Shown here piece by piece: positions 47,711 to 61,339 of a stretch of 64,000 bases of DNA (position 1 is its first letter; every line of letters begins with the position of its first letter). This stretch comes from Trypanosoma brucei (taxonomy: Eukaryota): the NCBI GenBank assembly GCA_000002445.1, contig CM000207.1, forward strand, positions 2,816,001 through 2,880,000. The letters are read 5' to 3'. Made by a program: the position numbers and the translations under genes. Below the pieces are notes generated by a model. The model worked only from the letters and a program-made list of their open reading frames with translations. It made no database searches and was not told the origin of the DNA.

Positions 47711-48019
47711 TAGCTAATATTTCTAAGATAACAAAAAATAAAGAATAAATAAAATAAGAATAGTAATCATTTTTCATAATTACCATTAGTTTTAACCCAC
47801 ATGCCGCCATCATACTAATTTTTACTAAAGTTCGATATTTTCAAATTTTCTCAAAATTATCAACAAATTTGCATATTTTATCTAAAAAGTGTTATAATAT
47901 CATAAATATAGCAAATCCTCCTAAAATAGTAAACATCATAAAATTCACTGAGTTGAGAAAAATTCTTTTACCAATAGTTCTCTAAATTGTTCTCATAGAA
48001 GTAGAAATGCATGCACAAC

Positions 48020-49250
48020 AGACTCCTTGTTAATGACAAAAGAATTGCTCTCTGTGATGTTTGTGGTTTTTGACATCATTTTTGAGTGTCATATCCTCCT
48101 TTTCTACGCATTTATCACCTTTTAATTCACAGGTGTCGCTGTTACAATCATTCTTCTCCATTGTTGCTCATTGTTTTTTGCCGTTGGTTTCAGAATCAGT
48201 TTGACCCTTTGTGGACTTCTGTTTGTCAATCTGCTGTCCAAAGGTTATCGAGAGGCCTTTACCTACATCCGCCGCTGTGCCGAGTGAAGTCACAGTTAGT
48301 TCTTTTTTGGCCCCTGACATTTCGTAATTTAATTTGTTTTGTGACAGTGGTTGCATTAAAGATGTCTGTAGGTTTGTGTGTTCTTTTCCAATAAGCGTGG
48401 TAACTGCGGCTTTCCGCGAATTTTCATCAGCTACGGCTTTCACATCAATGTGTACTATTAACTGCGCGTATGTTTTGTTTGTGGCATCGTTTATTAGCTC
48501 CTCTGTGCTTAGTTGTGTGGAGTGCTGTCCCTGTATGAGCTCAGCTTTCCCGTCCTCGCGCGCTGCGTGTCCAAAGCCCTCTGGCGTTATGATGAGGTGT
48601 GAGCCTGCTGCTTTGCCAACACATTTTCCACCCACATTGTCATCCTGTGTTATTGACGGTTATGTGGGTGCTATTATTGGGTCGTTTACAGGGGTAGTGG
48701 GGATACCGACGCCGTTTCTTGCGGTGCCAAATTATGATGCGCTGTTTATGCAAGTTCCTTTGCCAGTTACGGCACCGCTATTGCCCCCGCCTGCATTGTC
48801 TGCGAAGTGGACCACAACCGGTATTGGCTTGGTCGTGAACGCAGCTGTTGCAGTCGTCTTGAGTTTTTTTAGCTAGCCGATTTTTTAGCCTCCCTTGCCT
48901 AGGTTGCTGTTTGCAATGGCCGTTTTGTCGCATTTCTCTCTTTCGTCGGCGGCTGGTGTTAGAGTGACCGTGCAAGTCTTGTCTGCTGCTTTTGAAATTA
49001 GGTCTGAATCAGCGTTGCTGTTGAAAACTGTGCTGCCTACAGCTTGGGTTTTTATTATAGACTGCTTGACTGCCTTGAGTTGACCAGCTCTCTCACTGAG
49101 CACCTTGTTGGCGTGTTACAGTTTCGCCTGCTTAGTTTGCAGCTGGTGCCGTTGCCTTGAGGCTGAGTTAGCTTTGAGTGCCGCTAGCAACGCATAGCTG
49201 CCAGCCTTTGGTGTTCATGATGTTTTGGCGTAAGCTACTGTTAGCATGAT
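48020..49250 (-). pseudogene. VSG: VSG pseudogene fragment. No recognisable signal peptide, several frameshifts, tail …TNITESNSFVINKESVVHAFL.
   Basis: ORFs 48885..49103 and 48168..48635 are VSG-like. The C-terminal Cys-rich block (…DTCELKGDKC…) and tail are in other frames. The 3' end is near-identical to the 41146 VSG. Confidence 0.65.
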
Positions 49251-51159
49251 AAAAAAATCGGTAGTCCCGGATAGCCCCTGGATGCTGTCTCTTATCTGCC
49301 TGGAGAAATAAGATGCTATGTTGGCGTCGTAGACTATTTCATCGCATAGACTTGATATCGCCGTTGTTGACTCCTTCTGCTTGGAGTTGGTTCTCGACTG
49401 CGGTGTGACTGATATTACAAACGATCGAGCCAGGTGTCTTGATGGAAATTCACCTTTGTCGTCCTTTATCTGCGTCCTTGTAAATCGCCTAAGTTAGCTC
49501 TGCTTTATCCTGAACCACTTGATATGTGCCAGAGGAAAACTGTTTTCCATTGAAACAAAAACAAAGCCCATGTGAGAGCTCTTTTATGCTAATAACAAGC
49601 CTGTCGCATTCGGATTATGTGTACCTTGATGAAGCAGTTTACACCGGCTTTTGTCAGGTGAATGAGCAATCAATGGCCATAGTTACAACTTTCTTTGTTT
49701 TCTTTTTTTGACTCTGTTTTTTCGCCAGTTTCTCCTTTGTGTGTTGATTGTATTTGGCAGTTCGCTTTCTTAACTTTGCCGTTGCTTCTTGTTAGATGTA
49801 TGGTGCTAAAGCTCCTCTTATATCCGCTGTTATTTGCGGAATTGCTCTAGATCCTCCTTCACCCTGTGTTTCTCTTTTAATTTTTTTAAATAACCCACCG
49901 TCACTCAACTAATATCCATAATCTGCACTTAGCCCTTAACATTAGGAGCAGAAATAGGTTTAAAAGTCAGTTTCGCGAGTTGCTATTGGCTTTCATTTAC
50001 CCATTGTTGTGTAAATTACGGCTTCTTTTAGTTTTCTTCTGCTCTTAATGCTGAACCCGCAAGGGTCTATCAGTTAGTGCGCCTAGCCGCGCAGATCTTT
50101 CAGCTTGGCTGTCTATGTGGTTTGGTTTTTTTTGTGTATCGACGTATTGTTCACCGGGGAGGAGCTGCTTCTGCGCTTTATCTAGAAAGGAACTCACTTT
50201 GGAACTTAAATATTAAGTTTCGTTCCGTTTGAGTCATTAACCCCTATGCTTGCATGCTGCTTATCGCTTTCTTTTAAACCTGAAAACACAGAAATCTGTA
50301 ACGGCAATTGAAATCTCATGAAACATGGCTGCATTTTTCTAGTTTATGTTTTCTAAGATAAATTCAATTGCACGCCTGTAATTTACCTTGTTTAGTATCT
50401 TCTAAATATTACATTTAGTCTGTATTTTCACACATTTACATGGCTGATCATTGAACTCAAAGAAAGGCTTGTTTCTATGCTACATCCTGTACAATTCGCA
50501 TGACTCGAGTTGGCTGTAAGGCTCATTGTTTAGACATTATCTTTTGATGCAATAACAAGTTAACTAGCGCTTTACGTGTCTGTTGTGTTGCGTCATTCTT
50601 CTTTTCTGTGTAAGTTCGTCTAATTTTGCTGCTTTTTTCTGAACTTTCTAAAATGTTGGATACAATCCTCAGTTGATTGGATTATGTTTTTGTCTTTCTC
50701 CGTTTCATTATAGAGATAAACATAATTTCAGAAAATTTGTACGGATCATATCAGCTACATTCTTTCTGTTTAGTTATTGTATAACAATCAAAGTACTTTT
50801 AGTGTAAAAAATGCATTATTAAACGAGATATTGTGACCATATAGACAATATTCCCCTTGGTATCTCTACACATGTAGTCTCACATTTCTATAGTTACATC
50901 GACTGCGTTTGGCATATACAATGCACTTTCTTTCTCACGCCGTTCGCTCCACAATCTTTTTTGTGTATGATTGTGTTAATCGTTATGTTTGTGTATTAAG
51001 CTACAAAAAATTCCATCTCCTTCGCTTATCCACTGCTTTTCTGTATTTTATTAAACTATATTCATCGCACACCGCCTTTCACTCATATACTTCTATTGGA
51101 TTTCCACTGTTTTTTTAAATGGGTCTACTTTTGTCATCCGTTTGGTATCTACCACAGTT

Positions 51160-51240
51160 CTTACAATGTTAACACACTCAAACATTTACAACAATCTCCT
51201 TTCATTGTTATCATTATTACTATCATTATTATCATAGTCT
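51160..51240 (-). repeat. Degenerate 70-bp repeat
   Basis: Sequence acacactcaaacatttacaacaatctcctttcattgttatcattattactatcattattatcat. Confidence 0.5.
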
Positions 51241-51495
51241 TAACTGATATAAATAATGTAAACAAAATTAGAATTTCACTCAATTTTCATACCATACACA
51301 ACACTAATTTTCACCTATAAGATATGTCCAGACTATATTTCATATTTGTAGATTTCCAAATTTCATAAAAAAACGTTAAAATATATGCAATATTAGCAAT
51401 TTTAGAAAATTATCTCAAAATAACAAATTTTAAATAAATTTCATAAAATGGAGAAAATATCTTTATAAGTTTAAAGTGCTAAAATAACACAAATC

Positions 51496-53140
51496 TCACA
51501 AAAGCAGCAGCCATACCCAGAGAAAATTTTTTATTGGCAAGAAAGCTGGAATTCTTGTACTTGCCTTCAATCCAACTACAAACGGCATTTTTGCCTTCAG
51601 GTTTCGTGCCTTGTACTTTTTCGTAGTCCTCAGGAGTTTTGTTAGGCCACACTTATTTGTTTGTTGTCTCTCCATTTCCTCCAGTTGCATCTGCTTGAGT
51701 TGCTTGTTGTTCTGCATGTGCCGTATTCAATTTGCAGTGTTTTCCGTTGTTACACGCTGTCTTCTTTTAAAAGCTGCTGCACAAAGTTTTTAAAGTATCC
51801 CCGTCTTTCTTATCTCCTGATTTGTCTTCTGGGTTCGTTTTCTTCGTGGGTTGGTCTTCCATTGTCCTGGTTTAAATTTTACCTGCTTGCTTGTCATCCG
51901 CAGTCTTACCGTCGAAATATGCAATTTCTGTTTCGTAGTCGTTATTTGCCGCGGCTTCTGTAATGCTGGTCTTGTTTGTTATGCTTCCACTCGTGATTTT
52001 TAGATCTTTTTTTGACAGTTCTGTGAAAAACTTGTCTTTTATTTTCGCTCCTTTGCCTTCCAAAAGCTCTTCTGCTACTGCTTTCTCTGCAGCGTCTTGA
52101 AGTGTTTTTTTTAGTTTCTTGCCTAACAACAGGAGTGCCACCGTCTGTACTGTGCCATCTTGCGCTAAATTATCAACTGTTTCGTCTTATAGTTTTGTAG
52201 GTTGCGTAATAATTATGTTGCGGGTGTTACATACTTCAGTGGCTATTTGTCCAAGTGTTACTATATAGTGGTCTGTGTCGTCGGTGTGCGCCTTGCAGTT
52301 GCTGCCGCCCTCTAGCAGCGTGGTTTCGGCCGGCGTGACCATGCCTGTGACTTTGTTTATTGCTGCTATTCCTATGCCGTTGTTCGCCGATGCCTTGGCT
52401 TCTGCGTTGTCGGCGCACGTCTCCTTTTTTGCGTCGCTGTTGTGGCCGCTAGCAGGGGTCCCTTTTGTTTCTATTGCAACCTGCAAGTCTGGGAAGTTGA
52501 AGTCCGCTGTTTTTACTCCCTTAACCTTTGTTATCTTTGGTAAGTGTTCTGCAGCATGGTTTATTTTAGGCTCACTCAGTGCCGTTCGCTTGCAGGCCTC
52601 CGTATGCTGTGCTGCCACTGTGGCCTCTATTGTGCACTTCGCTGTGCTTGTCGGGAAGTAGACGTCCGTACCTACGGCTGGCGTTGCACCGGTGTAAGTT
52701 GCAGTTTTTATTTTTGTAGCGCGTAGCAGATCCTGCAGGTTGTCTGATCGCCGCTGCATTAGCTGTGCTGCTGACCTGAGTTTTTGACCAGCGCCGGCCA
52801 ATGTTGACTGAGCTGATGCAAGCCTTGAAGCAGAAAGAAAGCTTAACAGCTTATAGGCTGCTGCTCTTTCCCCCTTTCCAAGTTTTGCACTCGCTAATGC
52901 ATCATGCGTTGCTCCTTTGAAAGCTCTGCTGCTCGAGCTTCTAAGTTGTCTGTGAGCTGCTTATAGGCTGCCCCTACTTTTTCAAGTCACGTAAGTCGTC
53001 ACATGGTGTCTGTACCGCGTCTACCGACTGGTCGTCGGCGCTAGCGTCGCACATCGTTGTAACACATGCTACGAAAGCCGTTAGAGCTGACACAATAACC
53101 GCATACGGCTTTCGAAACGGTAAGGGTCTTCTCATTCTTT
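51496..53140 (-). pseudogene. VSG: VSG pseudogene. Signal peptide MRRPLPFRKPYAVIVSALTAFVACVTT followed by stops. N-domain pieces lie in different frames. KDSS-type tail …NSSFLANKKFSLGMAAAFVRFVLF.
   Basis: ORFs 52187..52801, 51872..52141 and 51496..51717 are present. Translation of 52800-53140 shows a signal peptide then in-frame stops. Confidence 0.75.
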
Positions 53141-54699
53141 TGATTTACTAGTGGAACTGTTAGGTAACCTTTGTTGTTATAGCATAAAGAAGATTTAAAA
53201 TTTCAGCTGTACGGGTTAATTAGTGACAAAGATTATTCCCTTCAATTCGGCTTTGTACCGTCGGCTGTTCCTGTGAATTGACCATTGAGTGAACACAATG
53301 CTAAAGTCTTTGTGAAGCACCACACTCATAGTCTACTTATTAAATTTTATTTCTTCTTAATACAAAGTCTGAGATAGAGACCTCTTTCCTTTTTTCGTTC
53401 GTTCAATGCCATCTTGAGTCGGATGTTGTCTGTTTTGCTTTCATTTATTGAGAGTATCACTAGTTTGGACCGCTAAGAATTTAGATTGGTCGTAAGTGTT
53501 TGTGGTTGTGTTGTCACGTTAGTGACACAAAAAGCACTTAAGTTAACAGGAAAATATCCACTTTCAGTTCCATGTTAATTCTCTATATATCTATATCCAA
53601 GAAAAAGTTTAACATCTTTTTTTCTTACACTCTGTTATGATCTACTATTCCGCAGGATACTCTTTTACTTGGAATTACTAGATAACGTTGGTGCTTCTCT
53701 CGGACACGATTGGTTGTCTGTTGCTTGCCTGCAGCACTTGTCAGTGTATTTCGCCATTATTTAAGGCTGCACAATTTGGAGGCCGAATATAGGTTGCTTG
53801 CCGACATTACGTTGTTAATATGCTCTGCTGCCCCTTTTTCAGAGACCACTTTTATATGGAGTACACGTTACTTGAAAGGTCTTGAATCCTGTACGGTATA
53901 TCCTTACGAAATTGTAGGAGAATTACAATTTATTATCTCTATTTCATAGAGATTACCTGCTTGCTCATATACGCACCATTTAAAGAAGTACGCCTATTTT
54001 TATTCATCTCTTTCTTTCTATGCTAATCCATTAGTGGTTCTGGTAGTAAAATGTTCCCTCCCATATTATTATATTGTTGCCAACAGATATTGGCCACTGT
54101 TAATATATCTTATGATAAAAATGTTGCATCATCATTTCACTTTTAATCAATCCATTCATCCTGCTTTTGTTCGCACTCTTTCTTCTGCTTTTTCGCCTTG
54201 TTTATAGCTGTATATTACGGTTTGCCGTCCAATAAACAAACGAAATCAGCCTCTTCATCTCTGTAGTGGCATCTATGAATTTAAAATCAAATACTGGGCA
54301 CAATTGGATCCTTTTGACTGTGTTATCTACTTTTCACTGTCATTTCACGGCTATTTTATTGTTTCATTTTGCATTTTTTTTCTTCGTCTTTATCTTCTGT
54401 CACTGCTTTTGTAGATGATATAGCACTCCACTTCCATTGTACACTAGACTCTTTGTCTCTCTCATATACACTCCATAATTTCCTTGTTTATGATTAGTTC
54501 AGTCTTCATGTTTGTATTTGAAACCGTACATATTCGATTTTTCTTTCTTTAATTCTTTTTCTCTCTCATATTTTTTGTTTTTCCTCGTATATTGTTCCTC
54601 TTACTCTCTTACACCCGCCGCCACTAACTCATTCACTTACTAGCTTTCCAACCTTAGAATTAGAGAAAATGCCTATATTTTGACTCCATACTCTCTCCT

Positions 54700-54775
54700 C
54701 ACAACTTATATTATAATATTAGTATAAACTAACACTCACAACACTCTCCTATCATCATCATTGCTACTATTGTAA
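54700..54775 (-). repeat. 70-bp repeat (1 copy)
   Basis: Sequence cttatattataatattagtataaactaacactcacaacactctcctatcatcatcattgctactattg. Confidence 0.8.
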
Positions 54776-55059
54776 TGCAAACAAATATTCATAAAATAAA
54801 CAAAATATAAAATGAACCAAATTAGAATATCACTTATTTTTTTACCATATCTCCATGTTACTTTGCACCCATGATCCACTATCATTCAAAGTTTACTATA
54901 TTTTTTAACGTTTTTGCCACAAAGTACTAAAGTATATCAAATTGTAGCAAAGCTTAGCAAATTATTTTAAAATATAAAATTTCATAAATTTTTAAAACTG
55001 AAAAAACCCATTAAAGTGCTAGAAATTTAAAATAACAAGCGCACAAAAGACAGCAACAA

Positions 55060-56254
55060 TCACAGAATTTTTCTTATTTACAATAAAATGGAATCTTTGC
55101 ACTATTCTCCTTCCCATTTGCATTCTGTAGTTTTTTTCAGGCATATTTCTCTTTTTTTTCCTGCACAGTATCCTCTTTCTCCCTGTCTTTCCCAGCTTGG
55201 TTATCAACTTCTTTTTCTACTTTTTTTTCGCTATCTTCACTCAATGTGCACTTTTGCCTTCCACATTACTTTCATTGTAAGTGCAACCCTTACCTTCTAG
55301 TTTTTACAGGCTTCTTTGTCGTCTTTTGCTTCATTGCAAACTTTCTCCCTTTCTTCTGCTGATTTAGGATCTTTCTTCTTGTTTGCAGTATCTAATTGTG
55401 TCCTCAGATCCTGGATTGTTTGCGCAGTTTTCCTGTCGTAGTATGAAAGAATACTGTACAGTTCGTCGATGTCTGATATATCCCCCAGGTGGATCTGACT
55501 TTGTCGCTGTGCTACGTCTTTAGGGATCTGCACGTTGTCTATTGCCTCTGTTAGCACTGTTACCTTCGCCGCCTCTTTTCCTCCGAAGTACGAGGTTAGC
55601 GTTGCTCTAGGTCGGGGTCTTTGCCTTGCTCGTTTTGTCGCGCTAGCTTCATTACAGCGTCTTTAATGGTCGGGCGCTCGTCCAGGGGTGCTGTTTCGTT
55701 GTTTGCCTCCATTCTCTGGGAGTTTGGAACTTGGTTCGCTGCCTCGAACGCATGCTTCCAGGCTTTGATATGGTCGGTTGATGCGGTTTTTAGATCGTTC
55801 AGAGCTGCCAGTACTATGTTGCCGCCTCCTGTTGTCACCGTAATGTATCCCGCAAACGGTGTGTGGCTGTTTGTAAACTGTTCTGTGTAAGCTAGTTTAG
55901 CTTGTGTCCCGCCTAGTAAATGGAACTTGTGGGTTCCGGCGGTTGGCGTATATGTGCTGCCGCTCTCCGTCCCTGACAGCAGTTTCTTGTAGCCTGTGCT
56001 ATCGATATAGTCCGTTTGCCGCTTTAAAGACGTTAACGGCTTCAGCTCCAGTGGGCAGTCGACGCCATCAATTTGTTTGGCCGAATAAGTTTTGCCTTGC
56101 TCGGCCGTCGTGCCGACCAAACAGCCGTTGTTGGTGGAGCTGCTGCTTTGAGCTAGTAACATCATTGTTTCGTCGATCCTGCCTTTTAGGTAGGAGGCTG
56201 CCCTGGTGGCGTCGATTGCCGCGTGCATGCGGGTCCTCATTAAGTTGTCTATAG
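55060..56254 (-). pseudogene. VSG: VSG pseudogene, 3' portion only. It starts mid N-domain with no signal peptide. The C-terminal domain is present and the KDSS-type tail is frameshifted.
   Basis: ORFs 55596..56240 and 55297..55557 are present. The CKWEGE…KDSILL… tail at about 55060-55130 is out of frame. Upstream translation lacks an N-terminal signal. Confidence 0.7.
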
Positions 56255-57459
56255 CCTTGAATGCCCGGCGGTAGAAGTATTCTGCTAGCAGAATTGCTGC
56301 TGTCTACTCCTTCGTAGTGGGTTTAATTCGAGAAAAAATGCGACTGCGGACTGCCTGTTATTTGAGCGTTGTATAATCCGATAATATCGTGGTCGTGTCG
56401 TGATAAACTTGATTTCTTATTGTCCCCAGCTCCGCTGTTAGGCCAGAGATGGGCACCCACGCTGTCTTCAGCAAGCCGTGTCCTACTTTTCCGTGCACCC
56501 GCCTACTCTGCATCGCTGCTGCTGTTAGAATTGCTGCTAGCAGCGTCGCTTGTGGTGTCGAAACAATTATATTTTTTCTTGTCCTGCTTCTTCGGTAATC
56601 CTCGGAGTTTTCAATGTTTCAATGGATAAGGTTAGGAACCATTTGTATTGGAATTAGTGCGTTTATCAGTTGGATATATAGAAGGCGTAATTAAAGTCCG
56701 GTGCCGAAATTACAGAGGTTAGGCGGAAATGTTTCTGGGGGTGCCGTTTCTTTTGCATAAGTAGCGAGCACATCACTTTGGTATGAACAACGTTCCTTGC
56801 GCCGCCGCATAGTGCTAGATTAAAGCACAGGTTTTACATTGCAATACGTAAAATCGCTACTTCTGTTGCTATCCTTACATTTTTCGGCAGTATCCCTGTA
56901 ACATCTCGTTATATTCCAGGATATATCCATGAAAGGAAATATCGTTGGGTGTATGCCTGATGAGGTTTCCTCTTCTCTCAATGAAAAATGTTTTAAAGGT
57001 ATTATTTACATAAGGCATATCTTTAGTCTGTTTAATATTCATATATATGCCAAATATATGGCTTTTTGGTGAAGTTACAACTGGAACTGTTTTCAAACCG
57101 TATATTGCTCGTCATTGTTTTTCTTAATATCAGATCGGTCACTAGAGATTCTGTATTTCTTTTCTAGCTTTGGGTACGAATTACTTTGTTCGGTTTTCTT
57201 CCATATTTGGTTACAGCTTCTTCTCGAGTTCCTCTTTTGTTGATCTTTCAAACCTTGCTGCTGCATTAGTGTATAGAATTGCTGTTTTTCTCTCTGAACT
57301 CTGTGGCGACGTATGTTTTCTCCATACAGGAGTTTATTCCGATTCAATTCTTGTGTATTTTTATTACGGATCGCTTTTTAAGTACATTATAAATGCTTTT
57401 GTTTTTCGACCTCTTCCAGTCCTTCTGGAGTTTCAATTACTTTTCCAAAAAAAAATATA

Positions 57460-57520
57460 GGTACACACCGGAAACACACTCATCTAGTTATTATTATTAC
57501 TAACTAGGATAATATCTATG
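57460..57520 (-). repeat. Degenerate partial 70-bp repeat
   Basis: Sequence acacaccggaaacacactcatctagttattattattactaactagg shows a weak consensus match. Confidence 0.35.
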
Positions 57521-57859
57521 AAATAAACAAAGTAAACTGAATTGGAATATTACTCATCTTTCATACCCTCTCACTATAACCCGAGCCTACATTTCACTTT
57601 CGTAAAAAATATCATAATAACATATTTTCAAATTTCCATATTTTTTATTTCGCAAAGATTTTATAAAAGTGTAAAAAAGTATCAATTTTTGAAATTTTAT
57701 AAATTTAACAAATCCTCTCAAAATAAAAAATTTAATAATTTTTCATTAAATTCAGAAATGTCATTTGAAAATATAATTATAGGAACAAAACTGCAAGAAA
57801 ATGTAATGCTTTTAATCACAACGAAATTGCTTTCTCTCTCTGCTGTAGACAAGTTCTCT

Positions 57860-59323
57860 TTAAGAAAGTATTTCGGGGTTGTTTCTCATCAAAATCACAA
57901 CCTTTTTCATCTTTGCAGGGTTTCTCTGTAGTATGCTTTTTTTATTCGCCTGCTGATTTGGGTTGCTCTTCTGGTTTGTCTGTTTTTGTGGGACATGAAG
58001 GGTTTTATTGGTTTTTCTTCTTTTGTTCTTCCTCGTCGACGAATTTTTTGATGGTGTAATAGGTTTCTGCTTTGTAAAGTTCATCAGGGTCGCTTATTGA
58101 ATCGAGCTTTTTATCGGCGTCGTCGATTGCTGCTTTTCCTGGCTTAAAATTTATGTGGGCTTGTTTAACGGCAGTTTTACCTTTTTTCCATCTGTGCCGT
58201 AAAGCTGGTTAGCTAACTCTTTTGTTGATGGGTGGTCCTCTTGAGCGGTTTCAAGTTTGCCCGCCCCCTTTAGTACGTTTGCTAAAATTTTAGTGTCGAC
58301 TTTTTGTCCCGCTTTTGTTAGCCAGTCGCTCGGGTCCGGTACTGCTTCCAAACTTCGTGCAGCGTCGAGCCCTAATGCGATCGCCGCAAGCTGCTGTTTG
58401 TATGTTTCGACGTGTGGAATGGCTGCGCTGCCGGTGCCTGGGTCGTTATACTCACTGCCTGCATTTTTGTGCTTTCGGTTTATTTTTATTAGCTGCGTTT
58501 CGAAGACTTTTCCGCCCTTGAGTCCAACGTTGGTGCCGTCGCCGGTACAGGCTTGGCCGCTGCCGAATACCGCTGTTGAACTTGAGGCGCAGAGGAAAAG
58601 GTCTCCTGTTTTGTCCCCGTCAGATTTGCGAAGTTCGGCAGTTACTAGAGTTATTCGGTCGTATTCGCTGCTTCCTTTGGCGTTTCCTTCTGCTGGGGCG
58701 ACTCGTTTGTTTTGTGCCTCCATGCGCGCTCAGTTTTCATTGGCTAATGTAAATGACAGCGGCCTGTTGCTTTGAGTCTTGTAGCCGGTTGCAGTTGACA
58801 TCGCCTTGTCGGCTAAGGCTAACCCTTTTAGTACTGAAAGTAGCTCCGCCGCTGTTGCACTGGCGCGGAGGGCGGAAGCAGCTTCGTTAATTGTCGGAGT
58901 TTGCTCAGCTACCTTTGTTAGAATTTCCAGTGCCGTTTTTGATGCCTCAGCTGCAGCTGTGTACGCTGTCGCCGCCATTGAAGCGGTTTGGGTCGCTGCC
59001 ATTATCCGCAATTTTGCCGCTGCCCTTGTGAATTCAGCTGCTCTTGACGTTGCGGTTGCCACCGTGGCTTCCATGTTTTTTGCTAGTTCTGTTGCCTGAC
59101 TGCTTGCTGTGCATTCGTCTCCTGCGTCCTTCGCTGCTGTTTCCAATGCGTGCACGCGAATTTGGATGCTTGCTAATAGTATTGTCGTAGCTATTGTTGC
59201 GTACATACGGTTGTGTACCAGGTTGTTGCTAGTATTTGAGTTGCTTTCTTTTTTAGTTGCTTGCTTGTGTGTCGCTTTATTGATGGTTTGGTCCCTGTGT
59301 AGCTGTTCAGTGTTTCTGGGCAC
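57860..59323 (-). pseudogene. VSG: VSG pseudogene. Signal-like MYATIATTILLASIQIRVHA. Frameshifts and stops. The C-terminal domain is closely related to that of the 45060..46523 VSG.
   Basis: ORFs 58730..59323 and 58151..58723 are present. The C-terminal domain at about 57860-58150 reads …YYTIKKFVDEEEQKKKNQ*NPSCPTKTDKPEEQPKSAGE*KKHTTEKPCKDEKGCDFDENNPE… with stops. Confidence 0.75.
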
Positions 59324-61159
59324 TGTGAGTTTGTGTCGGAAAGAAAGGTCGCCAAGAACGTTATGTGATGTTACGTCGAGCTGTGTTGCTTGGCCGCGGT
59401 CTTTTTGGTCTTTTGGAGGTCATATTATTGCAATTCGAGTGGTCGACTTCTGAAAATTCAGGCTTGGTTTCTTAAAAATATGGTGACCATAAATCATTGG
59501 TGAATTTATAGAATTAAACCCAAAACAACATTGTTTCCTTTACTGATTTTCCTCTCCACTCCCTCTATCGGCTTTTATTTCAAGCATTTTTGATTTACAG
59601 CAGTTCCAGTTAACACCACGATGGAGAAAGGTTCTACAGTCACCATTGCTCTCAGTACAAGTTTTGAAACTATTTTGTCTGCTTCTGTCACCTATCGCTG
59701 ACTAAAGTTCAGTTTTTATCAATTAACTGCGTCACCAATTTCTTATTGGCATGGAATTAATGCGCTACTGCCGGTTCCAATATCGCCGTTAGTTTTACTT
59801 CATAGATTGTTTTGGTTTTTGAATTTCCTTTGTCTGCATATAATCTTGTTGTCATGAGTGAAAATTCCGCTTGAATCTTTTTGATAAGCTGCGCCATCTT
59901 ATGGTAGAAATGATTATTGGAATGTAACAGCTTACTTTCTAGTAAGAACAACGCTAGCTCCATTTATAAATTCCAAGCCGCTCTTTTTTCATCATCATTA
60001 AAAATTCTACCTATGCCCCAACATTCCAGTCCCGTTGCTGCAACTCATTGAAAAACTTTCCACATATAAATTTCAATGGTTATAGCTGTTAGTGTGTTCT
60101 ATTTTATACAGTTTTGTTCTTGTGTTGACACTGCTGGCGTAACGATTTAACGACGATCTCTTTCAGGGAAGAGATTCTTTATTTGTTTCTGTTTCAGATT
60201 AAGCTGCTCTTTGTTTCACCGACGCTTAAGACAAGGTAATGTTGGAAACAAATATGCTTTTCTCGCCCATTTTGTTTTGTTAAAACTGGTGTTGGTTTTA
60301 AATCAGAGACAAATCTTATGTTAATTACTCTCTCATTTAGAAGTCTGAACGTCTCGCTAGTGCACCAAGCCAACGTTAGTGATCTTTCTTTGTTAACTCC
60401 TCTCCACTTCATATATTTTCTCCACAGCTTCATATGTGTTTTATTTCAAGTACTTTCCTTGTATTCATTGTCCTTGTGCTGTTTATAGAAATCAATTAGA
60501 AGTTTTCATTCTATTCATTCCCCCGATAAATATTATATTGTTTCCTACAAATACTGGTCATTATTACTATGTCCAATGAGAAGACTTCATAGTTACTTGA
60601 AACTTGCACAACACCTCTTACGCCTGTTTCTATTCCTTCCAATTCTTCTTCACAGCTATATATTAGGACTCTGCATCAGATAAAAGGCCCAAGTCAGAAC
60701 CATCGGTGTTGCATACACCCGTTTTTCAGGAAAAATTGGGCCATCATTGACTCTTTATCTTCTTATTACTCCTGGTTTATCATTCTCCCCTGTCCTTTGC
60801 TATTGTGCATCCAGTTGGTTAGTTCCGTATCTTCTTTGCTTCATCTGCCGCCGCTTCTCCAGACAACAATACGAGGGTATTTGGTCTGTGGACAACGTTC
60901 TTCCCCTCGATAATTGTTCTCCTCCACCATCTTCATATGTAAAATGATTCCCATCGTAATATTTTTGGGTTGGAACTGCGCATATCTCCTCCCCTTGTGT
61001 TTCTCTGTCTCCTTATTTATGTTCTTTCTTTAATAATATTTTTCTTTTTTTTCTTTCCTCTTTCTTCATGTCTTACTTACTTACTCCCATAACGTCCTTA
61101 TCATTACTTCAAATAGTTATATATATGGATAAATCAGTAAGACTTCGTTACAATTTCTA

Positions 61160-61265
61160 TAATAATATTAGTATATACACACTCACAACACTCCACTATC
61201 ATTACCATTATTATTACTATTATTACTGCTCTAATTATAATATTCGTATATACACACAACGCTTT
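61160..61265 (-). repeat. 70-bp repeats (about 1.5 tandem copies)
   Basis: Units …ctataataatattagtatatacacactcacaacactccactatcattaccattattattactattattac… and …ctaattataatattcgtatatacacacaacgc…. Confidence 0.85.
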
Positions 61266-61339
61266 CATATCATAATTATCATAACATTGAGCAAAAATGC
61301 TTTGTGTTTTGAAATACTAAAAGCTTCCAAAATGATAAA

